Shown here: positions 14,229 to 26,539 of the stretch, in pieces
Numbering within the stretch: position 1 is the stretch's first letter
How the letters are laid out: every line of letters starts with the position of its first letter
Source: Lama guanicoe
Taxonomy: Eukaryota
Reading direction: 5' to 3'
DNA: 64,000 nucleotides
Assembly: GCA_013239625.1 (NCBI GenBank)
Contig: MU056277.1
Coordinates: 1,466,076-1,530,075, forward strand
Notes under the pieces: generated by a model
Database searches by the model: none
What the model was told of the DNA's origin: nothing
The model's input: the letters and a program-made list of their open reading frames with translations, nothing else
Position numbers and translations under genes: made by a program

Positions 14229-14830
14229 GCCTTTGAATTTGGACTAATGATCTCAAAGTATGGGCAGCTTTAGGAAAATTAAGTGACGTGATGTTCTGGA
14301 AAACACTTGGAAAATTCTAAACACAGATGCATACGTTAAAGCATTGCTGTCGGGCTTCTGGGCTGCGTTCCTTGTACTGTGTCTCTTCTCAGAAGCATCA
14401 CGAAGTGCCCGTAAGATCCTTGCACCGGTGGATCTTGATTGTTGTCCACCTGGCACGCCCAAGGAGGCGCGTGGTCCAGAGACCCTTCTCCGCCCTTCGT
14501 GCTCTTCCGTTTCTTCTAGACCTGAGGACTTCTAAGGACTTGCCCCACTCATTCCCTTTTATGCCAAAGTGCTGAAGTTAACCAGGAGAAGAGTGCTTCG
14601 GAGAATCAGAACTGTGTTTAGCAACATTTGATTTCTGTTATTATGTGTCTGACGTTTTCAGTTTCGTTTAGCTCCAGATTTCCTCTGCTGCTGCTTTTTT
14701 TTTTTTTTAAGAAATCATGAGAAACTCAATGCGATTTTGAATGTCTAAACTATGAGCTCCAAGTAACCACATTTGTCCCTGGTTGGGGGAATGAGGGTGT
14801 TTCCTGTCCTGAAATCTGGACAGTGATTCT

Positions 14831-15044
14831 CAGTGGTGCTCAGCTTGGGGGCGGGGGATGTTCCCCTTGGGGGCAGTTTGGCAATATTTGGAGAAATTTT
14901 TGATTGTCACTAAGGAGGGGAGGGTGGCAGCCCTGGCATCTGGTGGGTGGAGGCTAGGAAGGCTGCTGAGCGTGTCACAGCCCACAGGACAGCCCCGTAG
15001 GGCAAAGAGCGATCTGGGCCGAAGTACCAGCAGTGAGAAGCCAG
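14831..15044 (+). mobile_element. MER20 (hAT-Charlie DNA transposon), near full length
   Basis: 'cagtggtgctc...tttggcaatatttggagaaatttttgattgtcac...ctggcatctggtgggtggaggctaggaaggctgct...cacaggacagcccc...tgagaagcc' is collinear with the MER20 consensus. Confidence 0.9.
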
Positions 15045-15639
15045 CCCAGACGCAGGACAAACAGCGGGGGCCTTAAAGGGCCATGCATCGCTGAAGGTTT
15101 CGAAGAGGTGGCTGCACACAGAGCACCTCCCCCTTAAGGACACCCGAAGACCTACCCCCCTGCCTCCCCCAGACGAGCGAAAGAACTGGCCCAGGACTGT
15201 TCGCTCATTTTCCTTAGTAACTAATTTATCCACTAAACATGGAGCCTAATGAGGCAAAGCAGAAGTAGCCTCTTGCTGCATAAAGTAGTCCGTGAAGAGC
15301 TAACCTGGGAGAGAAGAAAGCAGGAACAGCGGTTCCCACAACCCCTTCTAAGGAGGAGGAAGGCAGGCTGTTTGGCTTCGGGTGTCACAGGTTTTCAGTT
15401 TGGAATTTTCCTACGTCCACCTGTCTCTCTCGCTGAAGAGACCTGCCTTGGCGTCTAGGAGATAACCTGCCTCAGAGTCACTGTGGTGCTCTGTGCAAGA
15501 ATCTGAGTGAACTCTGGGACCTTTGTTTAGGAGGGGGAAAAACACCACATTTTACCCCAAAATCTAAAGGACTAAATAAAATGCTGAATCGTAGAGAAAA
15601 GGCCTCAGAGGAGCCATTGGATGGAGAAAAGAAAGAAAT

Positions 15640-16240
15640 TTTGCTTTAATTGGCTTTTTAATGATTCTCTATTTTTCTGTTCTGGCCTTTTTCTTTTCTT
15701 TTCTTTTCTTTTTTTTGGAAGGGGGAAAAAACGCTTAAAACAGAAAGGTTAATCTGACTATACATTTTAAGCTTTTAAAGGCTCCATTACAGGACTTATT
15801 ATGCTAAAAGAAACATACCTGGCATGTTGCAGCTTCTAAATGTCTCAGCGATGCATGTAATGACTCACTTAGAACACCGTGGTCAGAATTCTTTCACGTT
15901 ATTTCTATGTAAATTGGATGCTTCACAATTACTATAATATGTGTGAAATTCCACTTATTATTTCTTTTAACATAGAAACTTTTATCACTTAACTCACTGG
16001 ACAGAATATTTGAGCCATTTGCAATCATTAGAGCATTTCTGTTTGGTCCAACCCTTATGGAATTATACCTTGGAAAAGACAGTGAATTATATTCATTGCA
16101 AGAAAACAGCAATTTTAAATATATAAGGGGCACCGGGAAACTTTTCATTTTAGTGCAAATTCAATATTATATCTTACTTCTTTTTACAGCAGGGTAAGCT
16201 TTTATCTTTAAGCAATTTATAAAACCCAGCATGTAATAGG
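15640..16240. promoter_or_regulatory. Candidate conserved non-coding element (AT-rich island)
   Basis: Non-repetitive AT-rich block in a GC-rich background with several TAAT/ATTA cores and a TGACTCA site (~15861). Conservation not computed. Confidence 0.4.
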
Positions 16241-16729
16241 AGAGAGGCCTGCAGAGCGCAGATCAAGCTGATGGATAAATAGACTTGGGTCAGGGTGGAG
16301 GCGGGACATCGCTGGGATTCAAGGTAATCGCTTTTTGCTCCGGGAGCATTTCCTTGTGATCTTGGTGGAGGTCCAGCAATGATCACTGCCTCCTCCCCAG
16401 TTCCAGCATGGATGGGGTCCCCCTTCCTCCTGCCCCAGCTGCCCTCAGCCCGCCCTCTCCCGGCGAACTCTGTGGAGCAGCTGGTTGGGAATGGTCCTTC
16501 CCTTGGAAGAACGTTGAATTTTTTCAAACAGATTTGGGGAAGAAACACAAAATCAGAAAAAGAGTGGTGTTATTATCTATGGACCTGATGTCTTTGGGGG
16601 GCTGAAGGGCTGTTCGGGCGCCTGACACTGCAGGCGATGTCCCCGTCGTGGTGTGTCACGCTTGGAAATGCCCTTTGTGCCTTAATCATTGGGGACGCTT
16701 CTTCCTAGGGAGGAGGAACAGCGGCTGAG

Positions 16730-17220
16730 TGGAGATTTGCATGCATGTCCCCTGAGTTTTAAGACAAAGTGTATGTATGCTTGTTTTTAATACATGGTGG
16801 AGAAAATTAAAATCAGACCTTGATTAGTGCTAATTATGTAAATAAACATCTAAATTATTGGGCACTTTTTTTTCTCTTTTTTTAATTGTGCCATTTCAGA
16901 AAGAGGCAAATCTTAAGGGGCATGGCATGATATTTATTTCCCAAATTTTATTCTCCAAACTTTAACTAACAAAGACAAGTTGATAACTTTTGATGGAAGC
17001 TCTTATATATGGAATAAAAATTAAGTGATTTTTCTTTGGATTTTTTTTCTTCAGCTACATCTCTTAAAAAGAAGGTATTCCTATTTCCCCAGAAAACTGA
17101 AAACAGTTGTTGTCATTTTTCTATTAATGTAATGTTACTTCACATTTTGATAGTAATCTTTTTAGGCATGCACAGGAAATTTGAAGTATGCCATGGAACA
17201 GACAGACGATCATTAACTGC
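16730..17220. promoter_or_regulatory. Candidate enhancer/CNE
   Basis: Octamer ATTTGCAT 16735-16742, TAATTA 16831-16836 and FOX-like GTAAATAAACA 16838-16848 in a unique AT-rich block. Confidence 0.45.
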
Positions 17221-19959
17221 GTGTGTGTGGGTGTTTGTGTGTGTGTGTGCGCAAGAATGGTCGGTAAACTGTGCTTTGGTTTCACCTGGAAGTTATGTTG
17301 CATAGACTTAATGTTGGAACTGTATTAACTATACATGTTAATATATTATATAATATTAATTATGTAATAGGTATGCTGTAATAGTACTTGAACATATAAT
17401 GAACCTTATCATTAACTGTGCCCTATAGAAAGACGATTTTGGTTTTTAAACAAAAGTTCGAGACTGAAATTTAAGTTCATTCAAGTTCATTCCAGGTTCA
17501 AATAAAGAACAGTAAAAAAAAAAGAAAAAAAAGGAAACAGCGCAGGGAGGCCACCCAGGCTGGCGGCACCTGTGTGTGCAGAAAGCAAGCAGCGTCAAAC
17601 CGAGCGCTTCTCCAGGCCAGTGCGGCGCACCCGGCCCTGTGCGGGGGCACCCTGAGCCTTGGGCTGTGGGACTGCTGGACACGTGTGGCCTCAGGACAGG
17701 GGCAGGCTCTCCCTACAGCACAACCTGGGTGTATCTGAAAGAAGCGGCAGCTACCACGTACTGGCTAGAGGATCTTCACTCTGCAGTGAATTAAGTAAAA
17801 TGCATGGCGATCGTGTAACCATTCTTCCTCTGCTCTTCGGTGGAAATGCGTGCGTTCCAGACACTGAGACTGTGTGCAGACTTCTGAGTAGGTGTAGATG
17901 CCCTAAGAGAGTTAAGGACAGGAGGCTGGAAGAAGGGCACTACCCCCGTGGGGCTGAGTCATTAGAACAGGCTACTTTATGAATTTTAAACTGTTCCATT
18001 TTAAATTGCATTCATAGCGCAAGCAATAGAAAACCCAGTTCATTTTTTATTCCTTTTTTTCAGCCCGAATATTTTCAAAGACCTCCTATAGTTAACATTA
18101 TAATATAGTTAGTTGCTACAAATAACCGGGGTGATTATAGGAAAACTGTCAGTGTCGGCTCAAGGCCTGAAAAGGCTGCAGCAAATGGCTTTTCTCTTTG
18201 CCATGGAGACTGGGCTCTGTTTTTCCGGTTACTCTGGAAACCGGAGCCTCCTTGTTGTTAGTCCTTTTCAGTTACTTGAGCTATTAAACCCTCCGGTTGA
18301 GACAAAAGGAGGGAGGTATGCAGACACTTCCTCGGGCAGGAAACCTCTGGGCCCAGGAGCAGAACTCAGGCTGGGGCCAGGCGGTGTCTGTTCAGCTCAG
18401 CAGGTTTTTGTCAGGGAGGCAGCCTGCCGCAGTCCCCTCCTCGTGGAAGCCGCCTCTAACCCTTAGAATCTGTCATCAGGTTGCTGCCGCGTGCCCTCCC
18501 CTCCCGCCTCCTTCCCCAGAAGATGAAGCCACCGCCATAGGCGCCTTAGGCTGGCCTCTCAGCTCCAGAGGGCCTCTGGGTGCAGACCCACCGGCACCTT
18601 GCCGTATAAACCGGGGAAAGTGGACTCAGAACGAGGCAGTTCAGAATCTCGGAGCACAATGGGCCGCTTTATAATGCAAATGCACATCTAGAGACCGCGT
18701 GCCTTTTTGTTTGGGTTTAAGAACTCAGTTCCCAAATTGCTAATACTGTCTGCCCTGTTAGCAGATCAAATAGCGACCTAAGAAGATGGCCCGCCCTGTG
18801 TTGTCAAGTGTTCAAGGAGCAGGGGAAGAGCGATTCGGAATCTGGGGTTAGAGAATCCTGGATTCCTTGCGAGCTAGATGGGCCCTTCCTTTTTCCTTTT
18901 TCGCTTTTTTCTCTTTCTCTCTAACTAGGAAGGCTTTCTCCTAGTAATAGTAGGTAATAGTTTACTATCACCTGCATTTGCATTCATCTCGCTTTTTGGT
19001 TAAAGTGTCCTCAAGGAAAAGAAATTCTCCCCAGAAGGAACAGTAGCCTAAATAGACCACAAATAGCCTGCTTCTGCAGGGAGCATCCTTTCTGGCCCGA
19101 ACGTGGTCAGACTAAGTTAACACTGAACACCTCAGGCCCCCTGGGGGCACACTGCGTTCAGTGGGCAAAGTATTCAACTTTGAGCTTTCACTTGAGCTGT
19201 GAGACGCGTCACCCCAAACCCCCATTACTATTTTCTCTCCATGCTGCACGTTCCTAAGGGTTAAGTCCTGGCAGCAGAGTTACACCAAAACACTTGCTTT
19301 TAGAAGTAGCAACCAAATTAATAACAATGGATGTTTGTTAACAAGAAGCAATATTAAGAAGGAAAAAAAAAGAGAATGAAACGCTTTCTTTTTCGGTCAC
19401 TCCCTTATTGCTGTCCAGTGGTTTTGGTTGTTTTACATCAGAACGGTAAGCTGGCGGATTTTCCACGCAGGTGTCGGGGCCGCATATGTGCGCCCACGTG
19501 CACCAGGAGCCTCTCTGCCCTCTCAGTTCTGGCAAATTAAAACCAGCAGCGACATGCGGTTCACAGCTAAGGGACCGTCGCAAAGCCCATCCCCTGGGCA
19601 GCGGCCCAGGTCATCTTGACTCTGCCCCGACGTTACTGGGATTCTCAAAGTCTTCTAAAACACAGGCTTCCAGACGTCACCAACACTCCACGGAAGGCAG
19701 TATCATTTTTACCGGTCCTGTCCTATTTTCAGTCTAAATCACGCTGATTTCCCTCTGAACAGAAATAACACAGCTAATGGATAGAGGCTTACTAGTTAAA
19801 ATTCAACTCAGGTTCAAAGAGAATTCAGAGCCCAAAGATACACCATTAATAAGTCACTAACAAACAATCATGAAATTGGCTCTGGTTTTGGAAAAACGCA
19901 AGTATAAGGATTCAGAGCCCCCCCACCGCAGTCTACACGGCCATTTGTCCTCTGCATGA

Positions 19960-20045
19960 CGCCATTCCTTCGTCACTCGTTCAGTTTCCCGGGACATTTG
20001 TTTAGTGCCTACTGCGTGCTGTGCCCAGCTTTGGTGCTCGGAAGG
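19960..20045 (-). mobile_element. L2 3' end fragment
   Basis: 'cattccttcgtcactcgttca...acatttgtttagtgcctactgcgtgc' matches the antisense L2 terminus. Confidence 0.55.
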
Positions 20046-20299
20046 GTTTCGTGAGCAAAAGCAGGAGCGTCTTCGGGAATTGTCCTTTTCAGATGCTGCC
20101 CGGTGACTGAGCTGCCTTCCCCACGCACCGCAAAGGGAGAGGCAGGGGGAGGAAGGGGGTGCTCCCTCCCTGGTTAGCACGCCCCCCACGGCGATGGCGG
20201 CGGCGTGGAAGGAAGGCCGGGCTTGCCGCACGTTCCTTTTCGGCGCCAGCCAGGACGGGGAAGCCCCGACGGCTGCGAGGCTGGCTTTTTCTCGGTCGC

Positions 20300-21070
20300 T
20301 CGTTAAGTTGTAATGTTTGTGTAGCCCTGTTTCTTTTCATGACGTCCCTGCTTCATTTGGGACAGACCAGTGTGTGAAGTGTAACTCTGGGCTCATGGCT
20401 CACTCTACACAGCCCACCTTGGTATTTTACCAGACACCAGCCTTCTGGATATTCCTTTTGTTCTGGACTTGTTATTAAAATTGTAATTGACTTTTGGCCG
20501 ACTATTAGTAAATCAGTATTTTCTGTAACTTTGTCAAAGTGCATTGTTTCCCTCAGTGAATTTGGTGGCTTCTTCAGAGATGCATATAAATTCTTAATTT
20601 GAATTTTCTGTTATTGTTTGAAAATGGTTATGCAGTATGTATGTCCTCTGTGTACCATCAGACATAACTCTAGGGGTTTGTGTATTCGAGGCTGCTGTTT
20701 TTTATAAGTTGCTGTTTAAAAGTGAATTATTGCTCCTTTGAAGCTGGAGTTTTCCAAACAGTAGCTTGTCATATATCAGCCTGAATGCCAGATTCGTGCT
20801 ATAGTTTTCTATCAAGTTCTCCTTTCCTTTAAGAGCAACTGCATGGACTTGTACATGCTCAGGAACGCCTGCGACCGTCGTGGTTACCCTTGTGTGCCAA
20901 ATTCTATTCAAATCTCAGATGCTCTGTAATTCTTCTCTTGATTACTCCAGCGAAACCTGAGCTTTTTTACCTGATTCGTAACAGTCACAGCCCGTAAAGC
21001 TAATTTGACAGTTAAGACTATTGAGTCCCGTAGTATTTGCGCTGTGGCTGTACCGTGATGTTCTCTAAAT
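20300..21070. promoter_or_regulatory. Candidate CNE block
   Basis: Unique AT-richer sequence with 'ttattaaaattgtaattgac', 'ctaatttgacag' and the palindrome actttg-t-caaagt (~20528). Confidence 0.35.
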
Positions 21071-21094
21071 CTCGCTGTAATTCCGTTTTCTGCT

Positions 21095-21255
21095 AGTTTC
21101 TGTCTCATCTCTCCAAGTAGACCGTTAACTCCTTGAGGGCAAGGAGGGTGTTTTAAAGACCTGTGGGTCTCCATCCCCTCCTAGCCCTGCCCCCTGTCCC
21201 CAGTGTGTGCTGTGCTGCCCTGCTCGCAGTGGCTCCTTGATTCGCAAGTTGAACA
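21095..21255 (+). mobile_element. L2 3' end
   Basis: 'tagaccgttaactccttgagggcaagga' matches L2 'tagactgtgagctccttgagggcaggga'. Confidence 0.65.
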
Positions 21256-22973
21256 GTCACCCCAGGCTGACGCGCGTTTCTGAATTGAGACCATTTCTGG
21301 GTTTAGAGGACCAGGGGCTGGGATTCTCGCCTACCCTTTCCCCATGGAGGCGTCAGAGTGAGGCACGTGGGCTGGCATTCTGTTTCCTGTGAGACTGAGA
21401 TGGTGCTCCCCTTCTGTCCCTGTGAGCATGAAAGGGGACCAGTGAGCCTGGCAGGGAAGCAGGCTCGCTGGTGCCACGCTCGAGAAGAGACCCAGAAACA
21501 CAGTGACCGAGTCCCTGCGATGTCGGGGGGAAGGGGGGCCTGGGGGGCCGGGGTGTGGCCAGTGCGGGGCAGCCAGGGGCTGAGAGTCTGCCTGCCCTCC
21601 CTCTCTGCACACCCACCCCTCCCGGCTAACCCCGATGTCGAGGAGAACGTTGTACACGTCCGTCCAGCCTGCGCTTGCGCCATGGAGATGTGCAGCACGG
21701 CGAAACCTGGCACCTAGCATGAACCTGCTGGTTTGTGATGGGCAGAGGGTGGCAGATCCTGAAGATCCCTGACTTCAGTTGCATATTAAGTAATACGCTC
21801 TCTGGGACAAGGGGGCTTTTCAGAAAATACGGGCCCATTTTGTGGAGGTTTTGTTCGTACTCATTATGTTTCTAATAGAATCCTGTGTTTTCTCCTGGCT
21901 TTATAACTTGTGCAGAATATATCAAAAAAAATACACAGACACGAATGAACAAATGTGAAAGCCACAGATGTTCAGGACTGGTCTGTATATTTTTATGCAA
22001 AGGACATTTTTGGCCAGCACAGACAGTAAACAGTCCTTTCCTTCCCCCAGCACTGTTACTTGAGTTGCTTCAGCACCAGAAATCGTGCGCGTTGATAGGC
22101 TGGCGGACGCAGTGGTTTGTTTGTTGTCTGTCTGAGCCTCAGACGGTCGCTGGGGGAAGCTTTCGGCGGGGGTTGCTTTGCTGACTCTGTTTATGTAATT
22201 TTTACTTATTTGTGGAAGGTACACAGTTTCCAAGGGCGTCTCTCAGGTCAGATATAGAAAACATTGATGAGAAGCGTCAAGTTAAGGTTCAAAAGGCTGT
22301 GCCCCAAGGAGCCAGCACCCCACGCACGCTGAGGTGTGTGGAAAGGTAGGATGAACTGCCCCAAGATCTTATGGGGTCTCGGTGCCTGTGGAGAATTTTT
22401 GTTGCTACAGAAAATGTAGACTTTGACCCTAAAGCATTTCCTTGGGTCTGTTTGACTTTTCTCTTCCCCAAATGCCTCTGGACTTCTTTCTCCTGACTTT
22501 CCACATCACCCTTCATCCACCACACTTGTGTGCACGTGCACATGCCCACGGAAAGAGAAAAAAGAAGGAAGGAAAATGAGAAAGAAGAAAAGCAGCTCAC
22601 GTTGAGCAGGAGCTTGCCGACTGGTTGGCGAGTCTCTCAAGACAGCATTTGTGGTCCTGAAGTTTCAGAGGTGGGGCTGGTTTGCTCGGCTGCACACGAG
22701 TCTGCTGACCAAGGTGAGGACGGAGGCTGGCGTGGGCGCAGGAGGACACACCTGCTCTACGAGTCCGGGCGCTCGCCCCCTCGGAGATCCGGCAGCTCCA
22801 GGGTTCCTCACCACGACTGAAAAATGAGGGGCGAGGAAGAGGCGGGGTGTGGTCTGAACAAAGCCGGGGTGATGGAGATGTCTCAGTCACGGCTGTTTCC
22901 TGTCGCAGCGGCCACAGCAGTCCACGCGACGCTTTGAAAAGGACAAAGAGTCTCCTTGTGTTTATGCTTTTTA

Positions 22974-23111
22974 NNNNNNNNNNNNNNNNNNNNNNNNNNN
23001 NNNNNNNNNNNNNNNNNNNNNNNNNNNNNNNNNNNNNNNNNNNNNNNNNNNNNNNNNNNNNNNNNNNNNNNNNNNNNNNNNNNNNNNNNNNNNNNNNNNN
23101 NNNNNNNNNNN
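22974..23111. other. N-run, 138 nt
   Basis: Directly visible run of N. Confidence 0.99.
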
Positions 23112-23802
23112 TGTGTTGTAAATCGACACTGACAGCCAAATGGGGAAAATTGACAGAGCACTGTAATCACTCCCAACATCCCCTGAAGGTATTGATCCAG
23201 AACCTCTGTAATCCCCTTCACATAACACAAGCAATTTTATGTAATACCTGTAATAAGGGCGCATTCAGGCTCAAGTAGCCGTCTGAAGCATTGTATCTAA
23301 TGGCGAAGGGGCCGCCGCTGAGCGTGGAGGGAAAAGCGAGGTGCCTCCCGCCTTCTGGAGGTAACAGCCTCCGATAAGAGGGAGTTTAGGAGATAAACAG
23401 CTCCTAATGCCAAAGAAAATGAGCTATTAATTGCCGGCTTGCTAACTACGCTGTGGGAGAGGGCGCGGCGGGCAGCGTGGGGCAGGGGCCGGGCCGGGGC
23501 TGACGGACTTCTCGGGCTCCTGCTGCCCACTATCTGATGCTAATTACAACCGCGGGGAGACGCTGACAGGCGTTTAGCGGCCGGGCCATTACATCCTTCC
23601 CAGGTGCTTTCCCGTGAAATGTTCCTCCAGTTTTACAAGCTCCTTCTCGCCCTGATGGATTATTCCGCAGCCTTATCAAAGCTTTGCCAGCTCCTCATTA
23701 ATATATAGAGCGAGCCGCACCGCCCTATATATCATTGTCTTCCTCACGGGGAGGGCTAATCCGTCAGCCGCTATCAGCCCGTCGGCAGAAGGTGGGTAAT
23801 CA

Positions 23803-23950
23803 NNNNNNNNNNNNNNNNNNNNNNNNNNNNNNNNNNNNNNNNNNNNNNNNNNNNNNNNNNNNNNNNNNNNNNNNNNNNNNNNNNNNNNNNNNNNNNNNNN
23901 NNNNNNNNNNNNNNNNNNNNNNNNNNNNNNNNNNNNNNNNNNNNNNNNNN
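23803..23950. other. N-run, 148 nt
   Basis: Directly visible run of N. Confidence 0.99.
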
Positions 23951-26539
23951 CTCTTTCGTTACTGTTAAACGGCCATAACATTTATCACACCGAACAAGAA
24001 TGGACGTTTAACTACCATGATAAAATGGGACAGCGTCAGATTGAAAACCCAACAAGTCGTGATTACAGTGTCAGGCACTTTCCACTGGTTGAGAGAGAAA
24101 ACGGGAGACAGAGCATGTGTTATAATCATTCACGCATTATTCTGCAGAATGAGAAGAAAATAGATCTATTTTAGAAATGTCTTTCAGCGTCCTCCGAGCA
24201 AAACCGGAGGAAACGGTTAACATACTCTGCTTCCCAGATCGTTTTTATCAATGAAACAATAGGACGTTAAGTGACGGTCCTCCCATCAGGTCTTCTCCCC
24301 CAAATGTGTGTTTATTAGAGGCTGATTCAGAGGCTGCGAGAGGGAGTTCTGGGAAAGGCTTGCTCCCTGCTGAATTCTGAAATAAAGTCAGCTGAAGTCA
24401 GTCCGGCAGCTCCCTGTGCGGCTTTTCACAGGCGGCGTTTCCAGGCTGCAGTAACACCAAAGTGAGGCACCCTGTGCTTTCAGAAGTTAAGGAGCAGAGC
24501 ATCTGACGCAGCCAGGCTGGTTACTGAGTTGCCTTTCCTGACGTATTTGGGGACAGGCTGTGGCGTTTGAAGTCTGAAAGAAATTTTGACAGCACCGTGG
24601 GAAAAAAAATTTAAAGGGGGCTCCACGTCCCTCCACTCGCTCCCGTGTTGACCCTTAGAGTTTCTGACCCGGAAGCTTCCCACGCACGTGGACGGCCGCT
24701 GCCGCCACCGCCACCCAGATGTCTGTGCCTCACGCCGCTGGCACCGCACGACGCCTTCTCTGTCTCTCCGTGTGGGTGGGCTGGCAGGTAACGTAGGTCA
24801 TGAATTCCACAGTTAGATGTGCATCCGCAGAAGGAAAGTGTGTCTTCTGGTCTTGCTTTCGCTTCTCAGTAGAATCAGGGACCGAGGGAAAGGAACCTCA
24901 TAACCCCCGTCCGCCTCCTTCTCCGCAGTTCGCCTTTCAGCTGGGGAAGAAACACACACACAGTGGAAAACGCCCCGCTGTGCCCCGCCTCTGTGTGTGG
25001 CCCTCGGGAGCCGGGGCGTCGGGGGAGTGAGAGCACAGTGCTCCAGCTGTGCCCGGTGCTGATGGCGTGCAAGGCTCCCGGACTGGGGTTGTTATCATCG
25101 CTGTTACTTTGCAGCTAACACCTGTCCGTTTGTACCAGGGTTTCTTAGCCTCAGGCCCATCCGCATTTGCAACAGGTAACTCTTTGGAGAGGGCAGGGGC
25201 CGTCCTCTGTGTCATGGGACGCTTAGCAGCATCGAGGAGGTTGGCCTCTGCCCCCTGCCGGCAGCAACGCCCTCGCCCCGTGTGATGGCCCACACTGCCT
25301 CTGGACATGGTCAGTGTCCTGGAGAGGGGCCTGGAGGTCGTCACCTCCAGTTGAGAACTATTGATTTAGGTACACTTAGCACATTGCTGACTGACGGTAT
25401 TGCTCTGTGAAGCCTTCCCAGTGATTCCTGCAGTCTCCCTTCCACAGTGGGTGACTCAGTGGACGTGAGTCGGGGGCCTCTTGTGGCAAATACACAGCAT
25501 TTTGAAACAACCCCTTCAGCATGTGGTTGTGAACTGGCCTGTGATCAGTGAACTTTAACACAGCACACTTACTAATTGACTTCCAGCGCGTGTCAGCGGA
25601 GTGGACACTACCCGCATCCTTCATCTGGGTGGAAGGAAGGACAAGGCCTGCCTTACAAAGCCGCCAGTCCATCCTGGGGACGCATAGTAGGGCCCTCACT
25701 CCGGCATTGACATCCACCCTCCAAGAAGGACGTGATAAAGCGCGTGAAACCAGGACTGTTTACGTACATACACTGGTACAACCCAGGTTGAGCACACACC
25801 GCTCGGGGCGTGTGTTGATTCCAGTTTCATCGTGTGGTCACACACCTTACACATAAGCACACAGTCGCGGGCAGACTCTTTTGCCGTTTTGCTTGGAGAG
25901 CAGTTACTGCTTCAGAATCAGCTCTCACCGTCTCTAGGAAGATGGGACGTGTTGGCCTTTATCCTCCTGTGATCAGGTCGCTTAGCCTCCGATGATCAGA
26001 CCTGCATGGCCTTTTCATTGAACAGGCTGAGATGCCCAGCTTCCTGCCCCCCCAAGTCCTGTGCACTCACCCCGCAGGTTGAGGCCTCCGCCCTGCGATC
26101 GTTCAGACTTACCCTCTGCTCCAAATGCATCTTTCTTCCGAGATGCAGGGTGTGTCTAGCAGGGCTGGGAGACAGAACCAGGAATGTGGGTTCTGCCCTC
26201 TTGGGGTCATTTCAGAGGGTGTTGGAGCCTGGCCCCAAGTCTGGCTGCAGCCCTCCCTCAGTCTTTGCCCTGACCTTGCAGCCCAGGCCCTGTGCACGCG
26301 GTGGCAGGCCATGATTGACTGAGCCCTTACGACACGGGGACCCACGTGACACAAAAACCAAGCTTCTTTCTGGTAAAGGCGCCGCACATGGTCTCTCACT
26401 ACTCAGCAGACACGTGGGGGCCCTCTGGCCGGCCCAACGTGCCCGGCTCCGCGAACCCTCAAGCCCGCTCGCAGGATGGACGTGGTGTCCCTCGTCTGGC
26501 TGTGGATCCTGACTTTGGCGCCTGAGCTGCAGCTGGAAA

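Larger units (their letters stand above)
22880..24340. promoter_or_regulatory. Large candidate developmental enhancer / highly conserved non-coding cluster containing two N-runs
   Basis: TGACAG at 23130, 23151 and 23564. TAATTA 23541. PBX-HOX-type TGATGGAT 23653. TCF/LEF ATCAAAG 23675. SOX-type CATTGT 23733 and AACAATAG 24255. No repeat similarity and no coding signal. Confidence 0.65.
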
